Shown here: in pieces, positions 1-12,087 of the stretch | How the letters are laid out: each line of letters opens with the position of its first letter | Position numbering within the stretch: the stretch's first letter is position 1 | Assembly (NCBI RefSeq): GCF_006345805.1 | Contig: NC_043009.1 | Location: 71,362,001-71,426,000 of the forward strand | Direction: 5' to 3' | Source of the DNA: Octopus sinensis | Taxonomy: Eukaryota | DNA length: 64,000 nt | Made by a program: the position numbers and the translations under genes | Notes under the pieces: model-generated | What the model saw: the letters and a program-made list of their open reading frames with translations, nothing else | Told to the model about the DNA's origin: nothing | Databases searched by the model: none

Positions 1-339
1 GCAGATAAAATGGGAAAGGCGTTGACCCGGAGGATGAGGAGCGAGACGCAATGTAGGAAGTTGTGAAGTAGAGTCTAGTTATCTCCCTTTAACGTTCTGG
101 CTTCGAATCTTTGTTAGTTTTGATCGAAAGATGTATTTTTGCTGCCATCGAAGCCTCTTTCCTCCACTCTTGCAATTCGGCTTTGAAAGAGTAAGTGAAG
201 GAGAGAGACCAGAAGGACACAGAAAATGGTTTATGGAAGTTCGTTGTCACGCGTTCGAAACTGGTTTGGGGGGTTGACTTTTCGTCTTTTTCTCATGGTG
301 TAGGTCTCCTAGTATAATTCCATTCCCATCTTGGTATAT

Positions 340-964
340 GTGTCTCAGGACTTTGTTTTATAGACCCCAGGAAGGTTAAAGACAAACTTGACATCAAGAA
401 GATTTGAACTCAGAAAGTAAGAATCCATAACAAAGACAAGTTGTCCTGCGTGTTATTAAATGTTCCACTCCATCGACCTTCATAATAAACAACCCATGAA
501 ATGTTGTAGCTTTAAGTTATGACACAAGGCCAGCAATTTCAGGGGATTGGGGGGGGGTCGATGTAATAGACTCCCCTCCCTTAATGTTCGACTGCTACTT
601 ATTTTATCAACCCCGAAAGGGATGAAAGGTAAAGTCGACTTCGTCGGAACTTGAACTCAGAACGTAAAGGCGGTCAAAATGCTTAGCAGTATTTCATCCG
701 GTACGCTGACGAGTTTGCCGCTCGCTGCCCCTAACCTACGAAATATATTGGTTTCAAATTTTGGCACAAGGCCCGCAATTTGGGGAGAAGGGGGAAAATC
801 GATTACATTGACCTCAGTGCTTTGTTAGTATTTATTTTAACGACCCCGAAAGGATGAAAGGTAAAGTTGACCCCAGCGGAATTTGAACTCAGAACGTAAA
901 GACAGACGAAATGCCGCTAAGCATTTCGCCCTGCGCAGTAACGATTCTGCCAGCTCGCTGCCCC
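340..964 (-). mobile_element. Three stacked tRNA-derived SINE copies (approx. 340-480, 515-731, 751-964)
   Basis: Each carries the reverse complement of the SINE core seen intact at 18480 and 63117 (B-box-like GTTCAAAT, ...GACTTTGCCTTTCATCCTTTCGGGGTCG...). The youngest copy is flanked by TAAC(C/A)TACGAAATATATTG at 732-750 and 965-983. Confidence 0.8.
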
Positions 965-1399
965 TAACATACGAAATATATTGCTTTTGTTTTTAATGTA
1001 GATTCGAAAGGGGCAATGAATGGCAAAGAGTTGGGCGAAAGTCCTTGCAGCATTTAGTTTATATATTTTTAGGGCCCAAGTTCAGCTCCTACCAGGTTCG
1101 ACAAATATTATCCTAATAATATATTGGTGATCTGCCCCTAAATCTGTGACATAGTTTATTTTAGAAATGTCTATTTCCTACAATGTAGATATCGAGAATG
1201 ATTTGACAGAACTAGTGGAACCCTCAGATGAAACAGCTACGGTGATCCTTGATGTTCTAAGTTCTAATCCTGCCAGAGTTAATTTTGGCTTTCATTCTTT
1301 GGCAAATGTAAGTAGCCTCGTGCGTTGCTTTGTGGGTTCCATTCTCAAACAGTGCAGTGTGTTGTGTGATTAAGAAAAGGACTTCATTTCAAATTGTTC

Positions 1400-1899
1400 C
1401 AGCTTCTGACCTTAACTGATTGGAAGTGTTATCATGCGCATTGTTTTGTCTTGGTATAACACATGGGCTACAGCAAATATTCTGCTCAATACCACAGATT
1501 TGCTTGTCAGTTGTTTGACCTAACCAGTTGAGCATATCCTTTAGTGGCTGACGAGCAGAAGTAGTGGGGGAGCATCATTGCCATGTGTTGAGATGAATTC
1601 TTTGGGATTTGAATAATTTATTTCTGGGAACATGGGTGTTTTATTCAACATGCTTAAACAACCCTTATACAGGGACCTTTTGAGCTGGATGGGTTACTCG
1701 ACCAGAAGAAAATTCTAACTGGGCCTCACCTGCAAGGTCATGCACTGTTTATCTTGATATGAGATCACCATGTCGCGCACTTATGGTTGTGATGCATGTG
1801 CTTAATCTACCCTTATCAGACAGGTAGTCATGATGGGTATACTGGGCTTCGTATATTTTACCCCAGTGTCACTTGATGGCATGCACTGCTCTCTCACTC
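1400..1899 (+). mobile_element. Non-coding (TAA)n-tailed repeat 'element X', 5'-truncated copy
   Basis: Aligns by eye along its length to 4583-5135; ends ...GCACTGCTCTCTCACTC followed by (AAT)n. Strand is inferred from the tail. Confidence 0.8.
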
Positions 1900-2002
<103 letters not shown>

Positions 2003-2662
2003 GGAGATGGACAAGAAACAATAAATCATATTATCTCTAGCTGCAGTCTTGGCTAAGAAGGAATATGTTCACAGACATGACAGCAGAGTTGGAACCTACA
2101 TGCATTGGAAGCTATGCCAACATTATGGAATAACAACAACAGAAAAAAGATGGTATAGGCACACACCAGAAAAGGTCACAGAAAACGAGAAAGCAACCAT
2201 ACTCTGGGATATGCCGATACACACAGATAGAGAAATTAAGGCCAACAGACCAGATATAGTTGTCAGAGATCATGAAGAAAAAAAATGCTTTCTAATTGAT
2301 GTATCAATACCGGCTGATGACAACGTGTCTCTAAAAGAAATGGAGGAAAACTCTCAAAATACAAAGACCTGGAAATAGAGGTAACTAGAATGTGGAATCT
2401 GAAAACAGAAACAATTCCTATCATAGTAGGGCATTAGGCATGATAAAAAAATATTCAGACAAATACATAACAAAAACACCAGGACTTACAAACACATATA
2501 ACATACAGAAAATTGCACTACTAGGCATGCACACATCCTACGCAGAACATTTCCATACAATAACCATCAGAGCATCACAACAAATCACAGCACATACCCA
2601 AGGCACACAGAGCTGTGCTCGGTAGTGACAGTGAAAGCACGCTATAAAAATAAAAACTACCG
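2003..2662 (+). mobile_element. R4/Dong-clade non-LTR retrotransposon, 3' fragment (CCHC remnant, RLE endonuclease, 3' UTR)
   Basis: Translation GQETINHIISSC..LAKKEYVHRHD...ILWDMPIHTDREIKANRPDIVV...LIDVSIP (RHD and PD-(D/E)xK motifs). 3' UTR is near-identical to the other two copies and is followed by (TAA)n. Confidence 0.92.
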
Positions 2663-2698
2663 AATAATAATATATAATAAAATAATATAATAATAATA

Positions 2699-2730
<32 letters not shown>

Positions 2731-2732
<2 letters not shown>

Positions 2733-4528
2733 GAGGGACTCATGAAAACCAAAGACATCCCCATTAGAAGAGGAATATTCCAGGGATACACGCTCTCTCC
2801 ACTCCTTTTCTGCTTGGCACTGTCACCTCTATCTGATATGCTAAATAGAACAGGATGCGGATATAAATGTTACGGCAAAAAGATCAGCCACCTTTTATAT
2901 ATGGATGACCTAAAACTATACGCTGCAAATGACAAACAGCTGGAAACACTATTAAAGACAGTTCATGGATTTACCAAAGAAATAGATATGAAATTTGGAT
3001 TAGAAAAATGCGCCAAGTAACCATGAAAAGAGGAAAACTATTAAGAGTAACAACATCACACTAGATAAAACCAATGAAATAAAAGAATTAGACCAAGCCA
3101 AACTTACAAATACTTAGGAATCCATGAACTAGATAAGACACAACAACACACAAATGAAAGAGAAATAAAAAAAGAATATTATAGACGAGTTAGATCAATA
3201 CTAAACACAGAGCTCAATGCTAACAACAAGATAATAGGTATCAACACTTTAGCTGTCCCAGTTATAGTTACAGCTACAATCCTTAACTGGACACGAAATG
3301 AACTGACCAAAATAGATAGGAAACAAGAAAAATAATGACAGGATCTAGGATGCATCACCCAAAATCTGACATAGAAAGACTATATATACAACGTATAGAA
3401 GGTGGTAGAGGCCTTATACAGCTGGAAAACTACTATAAAATAACCACCATAGGACTGCAAAAATATCTACTTCAGAAGGAAGAAAACTGATCCAGATAGC
3501 GGCAAAACACGAGCAAAACAAAAACACTGTTCTCAGTATTTAAGGAAGCTGACAAATACAAACAAGAAATCATACCACCTAATAAACATGAAGAAGAAGA
3601 AGAAGATGAAGAAACAACAAAAGCTATAAAACAAATGAATCCAAACTAAAAATAGAACAGCAAAACGAACCATGATAAAACGATGGCAAGAAAAGCCCCT
3701 TCATGGTAATACTGACTAAACTAAACGCAAAAGAAATAGACAAATAAAAATCCCAGCAATGGTTGAGAAGCTCAGACTCAAAGCAGAAACAGAGGATTTT
3801 TAATTGCAGCACAAGACCAAAGCCTCCCCACCAGAAATTACCAAAACATGTAATGAAAAGAAATTTACAAGTAACTGCAGAATATGTGGAGATGGACAAG
3901 AAACAATAAATCATATTATCTAGCTGCCCAGTCCTGGCTAAGAAATATTTCACAGACATGACAGAGTTGGAACCTACATACACTGGAAGCTATGCCCATT
4001 ATGGAATAACAACAGAAAAAGATGGTATAGGCACACACAGAAAAGGTCACAGAAAACGAGAAGCAACCATACTCTGGGATATGCCGATACACACAGATAG
4101 AGAAATTAAGGCCACCAGACCAGATATAGTTGTCAAGATCATGAAGAAAAAATGCTTTCTAATTGGTGTATCATACCGGCTGATGACAACGTGTCCTCTA
4201 AAAGAAATGGAGAAACTCTCAAAATACAAAGACCTGGAAATAGAGATAACTAGAATGTGGAATCTGAAAACAGAAACAATTCCTATTATAGTAGGTGCAT
4301 TAGGCATGATAAAAAAATATTCAGAGAAATACATAACAAAAACACCAGGACTTACAAACACATATAACATACAGAAAATTGCACTACTAGGCACTGCACA
4401 CATCCTACGCACAACACTTTCCATACAATAACCATCAGAGCATCACAACAAATCACAGCACATACCCAAGGCACACAGAGCTGCGCTCGGTAGTGAAGTG
4501 AAAGCACGCTATAAAAATAAAACTACTG
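2731..4528 (+). mobile_element. R4/Dong-clade retrotransposon, 5'-truncated (RT domains 4-7, CCHC, RLE), frameshifted
   Basis: RRGIFQGYTLSPLLF, ISHLLYMDDLKLY, GRGLIQLE and ILWDMPIHTD motifs; (TAA)n on both sides. Confidence 0.93.
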
Positions 4529-4582
4529 AATAATAATAATAATAATAATGATAATGATGATGATGATGATGATGATAATAAT

Positions 4583-5135
4583 GCCCTGATGCAGTACCAG
4601 GCAGTGGCTCTCAAAGCTTCTCATCTTAACTGATTGGAAGTGTTAGCATGTACGTTGTTTTGTCTTGGTATAAAAGATGGGCTACAGCAAATATTCTGCT
4701 CAATACCACAGATTTGCTTGTCAGTTGTTTGATCTTAACCAGTTGAGCATATACCTTAGAGGCTGACGATATGTGCATCTCTGATCACAAGCAGGAGTAG
4801 TGGGATAGCATCACAGACATGTGTTGAGATGAATTCTTTGGGATTTGAATAATTTACTTCTGGGAACATGGGTGTTTTGTTCAACATGCTTAAACAACCC
4901 TTATTCAGGGACCTTTTGAGCGGGATGGGTTACTCGACCAGAAGAAAATTCTAACTGGGCCTCACCTGCAAGGTCATGTGCTGTTTATCTTGATATGAGA
5001 TCACCATGTCGTGCACATATGGTTGTGATGCATGTGCCTAGTGTACCCTTATCAGACGTGTAGTCATGATGGGTATACTGGGCTTTGTATATTTTACCCC
5101 AGTGTCACTTTGATGGCATGCACTGCTCCTCACTC
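4583..5135 (+). mobile_element. Element X, apparently full-length (~553 bp) non-coding repeat inserted in (TAA)n
   Basis: Starts GCCCTGATGCAGTACCAGGCAG, the same 5' start as the copy at 8299, and ends CTCACTC+(AAT)n. No ORF recognised. Confidence 0.8.
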
Positions 5136-5280
5136 AATAATAATAATAATAATTAATAATAATAATAAAATATAATAATAATAATAATAATATAATAATA
5201 ATAATAATAAAAACAAACCAACAACAACAACTAATAATAATAATATAATAATAATAATAATAATACAATATAATATAATA

Positions 5281-8079
5281 AAGAAATACAGCATCACAGA
5301 AAAAGATTTACCTGAGATAAAAGAAAAGCTAAAGCAAGATATCCTTGCCAAAGCACAAAGGATCAGCCGGTACGAGAAACGCCAACGTTTCTTTGAAGAA
5401 AACAAAAAGTTCAACTCCAACCCCAAAAAGTTCTACCAAGAACTGGGCAAAAATAAAAATAGAAATCACTGCAGTGCCAATGGCAGAAGAAGTGGAAGAA
5501 TTCTGGAGAGAAATATGGTCGGCGAACGAACAACCAAAAAAAAGGAGTATTAAAACAACAAACTCAGCATCTGAGCAACTTTGGACCCCCATAACAACTG
5601 AAGAGATCACCTAGGCACTGCAAAGACTAAGCAACTGGAAGGCACCTGGACATGACAAGATCCCCAACTTCTGGTTGAAATATCTAACAGGAATGCACAA
5701 AAAGCTGGCTGAAAACTTTAACAACGTACTAGCAGAGCCAGAGACAAAGCCTGAATGGCTCACGAAGGGGAAAACCATCTTAATTCCCAAATCAAATGAA
5801 ACAGAAAAACCAGAAAACTACAGACCTATAACCTGTCTCCCTACAATGTTCAAGGCATTTACTGCAGTAATATCGTAAAGATTGAACAAGCACCTGGACG
5901 AAATCAACCTGTTTCCAGAAGAGCAGAAAGGATGCCGCAAAGGCTCATATGTCTGTAAGATCAACTAATATTAATAAAGCCATAACTGAAGACAGCACAG
6001 AAAGAAGAAAGGCCTCAGTATGGCCTGGATTGACTACAAAAAGGCGTTTGATAGCATCCCCCACACATGGATTCTCGAAACACTAACCATGAACAAAGTT
6101 GCACCAACAATTATAGAGTACATAGGACACTCTATGAATAAATGGCAAACATTGCTACAGCTCCAAACAAAAGAGGGACTTGTGAAAACCAAAGCCATCC
6201 CCATTAAAAGAGGAATATTCCAGGAAGATACGCTCTCTCCACTCCTTTTCTGCTTGGCACTGTCAACTCTATCGAATATGCTAAACAGAACTGGATGCGG
6301 ATATAAATGTTACGGCAAAAAGATCAGCCACCTTTTATATATGGATGACCTAAAACTATACGCTGCAAATGACAAACAGCGGGAAACACTATTAAAGACA
6401 GTTCATGGATTTACCAAAGAAATAGATATGAAATTTGGATTAGAGAAATGCGCCAAAGTAACCCTGAAAAGAGGAAAACTAGTTAAGAGTAGCAACATCA
6501 CACTAGATAAAAACGAATGAAATAAAAGAATTAGACCAAAGCCAAACTTACAAATACTTAGGAATCCATGAACTAGATAAGACACAACACACACAAATGA
6601 AAGAGAAAATAAAAAGAGAATATTATAGACGAGTTAGATCAATACTAAACACAGAGCTCAATGCTAAAAACAAGATAATAGGTATCAACACTTTAGCTGT
6701 CCCAGTTATAAGTTACAGCTACAATATCCTTAACTGGACACTAAATGAACTAACCAAAATAGATAGGAAAACAAGAAAAATAATGACAGCATCTAGGATG
6801 CATCACCCAAAATCTGACATAGAAAGACTATATATACAACGTATAGAAGGTGGTAGAGGTCTTATACAGCTGGAAAACTACTATAAAATAACCACCATAG
6901 GACTGCAAAAATATCTACTTCAGAGGAAGGAAACTGATACAAATAGCGGCAAAACACGAGCAAAACAAAAACTGTTCTCAGTATTTAAGGAAGCTGACAA
7001 ATACAAACAAGAAATCATACCACCTAATAAATATAATAAGAAGAAGAAGATGAAGAAGAAGAAGAAGAAGAATAAGAAGAGAAAAAGAAGAGAGAAGAGA
7101 AGAAGAAGAAGAGAAGAAGAAGAAGAAGAAGAAGAAGAAGAAGAAGAAGAAGAAGAAAAGCTATAAAGCAAATGAAATCAAAACTAAAACTAGACAAGCA
7201 CGAACCATGATAAAACGATGGCAAGAAAAGCCCCTTCATGTAAATACTGGACTAAACTAAATGCAAAAGAAATAGACAAAGAAAAATCCAGCATGGTTGA
7301 GAAGCTCAGGACTCAAAGCATAGACAGAGGGATTTTTTAATTGCAGCACAATACCAAAGCCTCCCCACTAGAAATTACCAAAAACATGTAATGAAAAGAA
7401 TATTACAAGTAACGTGCGATATGTGGAGATGGACAAGAAACAATAATCATATTATCTCTGTGCTGCCCAGTCCTGGCTAAGAATAATATATTCACAGACA
7501 TGACAGAGTTGGAACCTACATACACTGGAAGCTATGCCACCATTATGGAATAACACCACAGAAAAAGATGGTATAGGCACACACCAGAAAAGGTCACAGA
7601 AAACGAGAAAGCAACCATACTCTGGGATATGCCGATAACACACAGATAGAGAATTAAGGCCAACAGGCCAGATATAGTTTGTCAGAGATCATGAAGAAAA
7701 AAATGCTTTCCTAATTGATGTATCAATACCAGCAATGACAACGTGTCTCTAAAAGAAATGGAGAAACTTTCAAAATACAAAGACCTGGAAATAGAGGTAA
7801 CTAGAATGTGGAATCTGAAAACAGAAACAATTCCTATTATAGTAGGTGCATTAGGCATGATAAAAAAATATTCAAGAAAATACTAACAAAACACCAGGAC
7901 TTAACAACAACACATATAACATACAGAAAATTGGCACTACTGGGCACTGCCCACATCCTACGCAGAACACTTTCCATACAATAACCATCAGAGCATCACA
8001 ACAAATCACAGCACATACCCAAGACACACAGAGCTGCGCTCGGTAGTGAAGTGAAAGCCGATATAAAATATAACCACTG
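5281..8079 (+). mobile_element. R4/Dong-clade retrotransposon, longest 5'-truncated copy (pre-RT, full RT, CCHC, RLE, 3' UTR), disrupted
   Basis: WKAPGHDKI, GKTILIPK, NYRPITCLPT, AWIDYKKAFDSIPH, GIFQEDTLSPLLF, YMDDLKLY and KYKDLEIE motifs; TAA flanks; internal (GAA)n expansion at 7039-7157. Confidence 0.95.
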
Positions 8080-8298
8080 AATGATGATGATAAATAATAA
8101 TAATAATAATAATAATAAGAATAATACTAATAATAATAATAATAATTAATAATAATAATAAGAAAAGGAAGAAAAAAGAAGAAGAAGAAGAAGAAGAAGA
8201 AGAAGAAGAATAAGAAGAAGAGAAGAAATAAGCAAAATACGAAGAAGAAGAAGAAGAAGAAGAAGAAGAATAAGAAGAAAAAGAAGAACAATAATAAT

Positions 8299-8535
8299 GC
8301 CCTGATGCAGTACCAGGCAGTGGTTCTTATGGTTCCTGATCTTAACTGATTGGAAGTGTTATCATGTACATTGTTTTGTCTTGGTGTAAAAGATGGGCTA
8401 CAATAAATATTCTGCTCCAATACCACAGATTTGCTTGTCAGTTGTTTGACCTTAACCAGTTGAGCATGTCCCTTAGGGGCTGATGATATGAGCATCTCTG
8501 ATCACGAGCAGAAGTAGTGGGCTAGCATCATAGCC
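8299..8535 (+). mobile_element. Element X, 5' half only
   Basis: Matches 4583-~4815; similarity stops at ~8535. Confidence 0.8.
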
Positions 8536-8629
8536 TTTTACATGGCTTAGAAAAATCGAAGGGCTGCTGCAAGAAATCTGTGAGTCTAAGAGGGCAATAG
8601 GTTGAATAAAATCACGATTAACTGCAACC

Positions 8630-9650
8630 CACGATGTCCCAAAAATGCTTATACACATTTTAACAGCTTATAACTCAATTCTCATTTCTTTTCGATTTCA
8701 ATCGTTAGAAATAATGGAGAGGGAAAGACTAAATCTTCAACAGAGGATATTTCGCCTAAAGTTTGAAAACGTTGTCGAAGTGCAGAGTCAGTTCAGAAGA
8801 GACTTTCAAGCAGATCCACCGACGCGAATTCCCATCAAGTTTGAAGCAGATGGAACTGTTCAGGATTTGCACAAGAAATTTTCCATAAGAGAGCAGACCT
8901 CGACGAACCTTGAAAAGCGAGAAAGGGTAGAAGAAGCGTTTTGCAAGTGCCCAAGGATATTTGTACAGCCAGTGGTATATGCACGATTTGAGTTTCAAAA
9001 TGAAGCGCTGTCATTGTATTTTGAAGCTCTGTCATTGGAAAAGTAACATTCCAAGAATAGTCCATGCACTCAATGAAGATGATCTGGATCGAAGAATGTT
9101 ACTTGGCAAAATATGTAGAACATATACAATTTCCAACAAAGAATGTTTGGAATGTTGAGGCTACCTTTAAATTAAATGGCTCAATTAATCGCCACATTTG
9201 CACCTAATGAGGACATGAAAACTCGCATATAACGGAGGATCATCTTGTTAATCTACAAGTGGATGCAGAGTGGTGCGACTTACCATCGAAAGGATTAATT
9301 ATCTCTTTTGATATTGTGACTGCTTCCATTTACTTGAACTTGCTGCGACATTCTGCCATGTCAAGTATTCCAAGAGTATTCCGAAAACATAGAATAATGT
9401 TTGTAGCAAGATGGAGCAGCCTCCATAGTGCCAGAGTAATGTAAGGGCTTACCTTGATGTGATTTTACCAAAGAGCTAGACTGGAAGAAGACTTTCGTTA
9501 GAATACCCTCCGCGTTCACCAGACCTCACAGCGCAACTCGAGTTCTTATGAGGATAGATAAAAGCTAATGCTTACTGTATAAAACCGGCAACAATTGACT
9601 AAGTGGGGCAGCATTTGAACAAAAATGCACACAAATTCAAATGAACTATA
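8630..9650 (+). pseudogene. Degenerate Tc1/mariner transposase, rosa (DD41D)-like with DUF4817-type N-terminal HTH
   Basis: Fragments [45 protein letters not shown] and EYPPRSPDLT; TIR-like remnant ...TGTCCCAAAAATG at ~8635; many stops and frameshifts. Confidence 0.8.
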
Positions 9651-9948
9651 TTTAAATTGAATTGATTTTATTGTTATCAATTTGAAAATATAGCCACGAA
9701 ACACGTGTAATCTATTTCTAATTATATACTATTTATTTATTATTTCGTACTTTATTTAGTTCTAGGTAAATGTTTCATAGTATCTTTAAATTTTTCGATA
9801 TGGTATGATTTAAGTATATCATTGTTGAATTGCTTTGCTACATGCTGGTTCTTCTCTAATTTATATATATATGTATTATATATTGTGACATTTGATTTAG
9901 TATTACTAAATTGAATTTTTCCCTGTAAGCTTGGAATCATATTCCCTA

Positions 9949-9988
<40 letters not shown>

Positions 9989-10295
9989 ATATGTATGTAT
10001 GTATGTATATATATTATATAATATATATATATATATATAACATATATACATATAAATATAAATATAAATATACATATAAATGTTTATATATATATATACA
10101 TATTATATATATATATATTATATATATACATATAATTATATATTTATGTGTATTATATATATATATATATATAAATTTACAAGATAAGGGCAGAAGAAAA
10201 ATTCTAATGCCAGATACGCCGAAACAAAAAATTTCGATAACCATTAATTTTGCGTCTCGAAAACAAACCGATAGAAATCTCTAAAAATTCGTTTT

Positions 10296-10354
10296 TTACT
10301 GTATTGGTCCAATTTCGGGGTTATTCACAAGAAATTTCTCATCTTCAGCGGCAA
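10296..10354 (-). ncRNA. Degenerate type I hammerhead ribozyme in a ~350 bp (TA)n-flanked insert (10173-10522)
   Basis: Minus strand UUGCCG-CUGAAGA-[25 nt, poorly paired stem II]-GAAA-UUGGACCAA-UA-CAGUAA. Core intact; stems I and II have mismatches. Confidence 0.55.
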
Positions 10355-10589
10355 TACGCGAGATATAAATGAAAGAAATACTTATTTATACTCATGGAAG
10401 AAGCCAGCACAAGTCCCGAACAGACTTAAGTACCCCAAATATATCCAAAATAGAAAAATTTTCGGCGCACCTCGAGACACGTGTGATTCGAACTAGAAAC
10501 TTTCACAGAGTGATAGAAAAATATATTTATATATATATATATAGATATATATATATATATATAATATATATATTATATATATATAATAT

Positions 10590-10639
<50 letters not shown>

Positions 10640-10653
10640 ATATATATATTATA

Positions 10654-11701
10654 TGTTAATAAAATAGAACATATGCATATATAAAACATATATGTACGTA
10701 CCTACCTCTACATGTAACATATACACGCATATATGTGTACAGGACACCAAAAAGACGTCGAACACATAGAGAGACGAAAAACATAGACACAAACCAAGAA
10801 CAAGACAAGCAAAAAAAAAGAGAGAGATACAGGACAATAAGCACAACGAAAAATCCCCTTCTCAGTCGCTAAGGTTTCATCTACTAAACGTTTCGAAGGA
10901 TAAAAGCGAGACGTATACTTCGAAGAAAACTTCCTTCCTGCGAAAAGCAAATCAATTAAAATTCTGAGATCTTTTCGCAGGGGTAAAAAAAAAGCAAGAC
11001 GGTAACGACAGTACAAACATATAAACAGTAAAATATTTATATAAACAGGGAAAAAAGATATAACATGAGAGACAGACAAGGAGAACAAGATAAGAAGGGC
11101 TGTTAACGCCAGACGAAAAAAGTATTGCAAACGCTGGATTATAGTGGACGACGAGAGAGAGAAGAAAGTCGACCAGTAGCCTTAGAAGGCGGGCGAGAAA
11201 AGACAGGATAGCAGTTACGACGGAAGTATCGTCGCAGATGGACGACGGGAATGGGGGAGGAGGAGCAAGAGGAAGAGAGAGAAGAAGGGGAATGGTGCGA
11301 GGAGACATGAAGAACGGTGAGGGGGAGAGAGAGGGGAGGAGAGAGAGGAAAGACAAGTAAGTGAGGGAAAAAAGACGAAAAAAAGGGAATGGGAGAGAAA
11401 GAAAGAAAGATGCAGAGTCGCGTGAGAGTTAATATCAAGGCTAACTTGATAAACAGAACAATCTTACTTAATAGGGTGCGTGCGTTTAGTCGTATAATAT
11501 GGTAATAAAATAGAACATATGCATATATATTAAACATATATGTACGTACCTACCTCTACATGTACATATACACGCATATATGTGTACAGGACACCAAAAA
11601 GACGTCGAACACATAGAGAGACGCGAAACACATAGACACAACCAAGGAACAAGACAAGCAAAAAAAGGAGAGATACAGGACAATAAGCACAACGAAAAAT
11701 C

Positions 11702-11703
<2 letters not shown>
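10654..11703. mobile_element. (TA)n-flanked non-coding element with ~200 bp terminal direct repeats (10654-10857 and 11503-11703)
   Basis: Repeat TAATAAAATAGAACATATGCA...GCACAACGAAAAATCCC occurs twice around a ~650 bp core. The layout resembles a Penelope-type partial tandem (pseudo-LTR). Confidence 0.6.
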
Positions 11704-11761
<58 letters not shown>

Positions 11762-11863
11762 ATATATATATATATATTATTATATATATATATTATAATA
11801 TATATATATATATATATATAAATATATATATTATTATATATATATATATATATAATATATATA

Positions 11864-11946
<83 letters not shown>

Positions 11947-11949
<3 letters not shown>

Positions 11950-12087
11950 GAGATTCCAGAAAGTTATCAGTTTGAAAACAGGCGTTAATAAAATGTTAAA
12001 TTCGATTATTTTAAAATAAAATACATTTTAATAAACACTGACTTTATACTTATTCCACGTGTGTAAACATTTTGGGGGTACCCCTGT
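11947..12087. mobile_element. Short Tc1/mariner-type MITE remnant
   Basis: TA-flanked; right end reads CAGGGGTACCCCCAAAATGTTTACAC on the minus strand, similar to the TIR-like remnant at ~8635. Confidence 0.4.

Noticed and set aside
1-310. Possible minus-strand coding exon starting CACCATGAGA at ~296
   Set aside because: The frame stops after 21 codons and the other frames have no recognisable homology.
4583-4915. HDV-like or hammerhead ribozyme at the 5' end of element X (GCCCTGA could pair with TCAGGG at ~4905)
   Set aside because: P3/L3 and the P1.1 GG could not be placed, and CTGATGC is not a hammerhead core.
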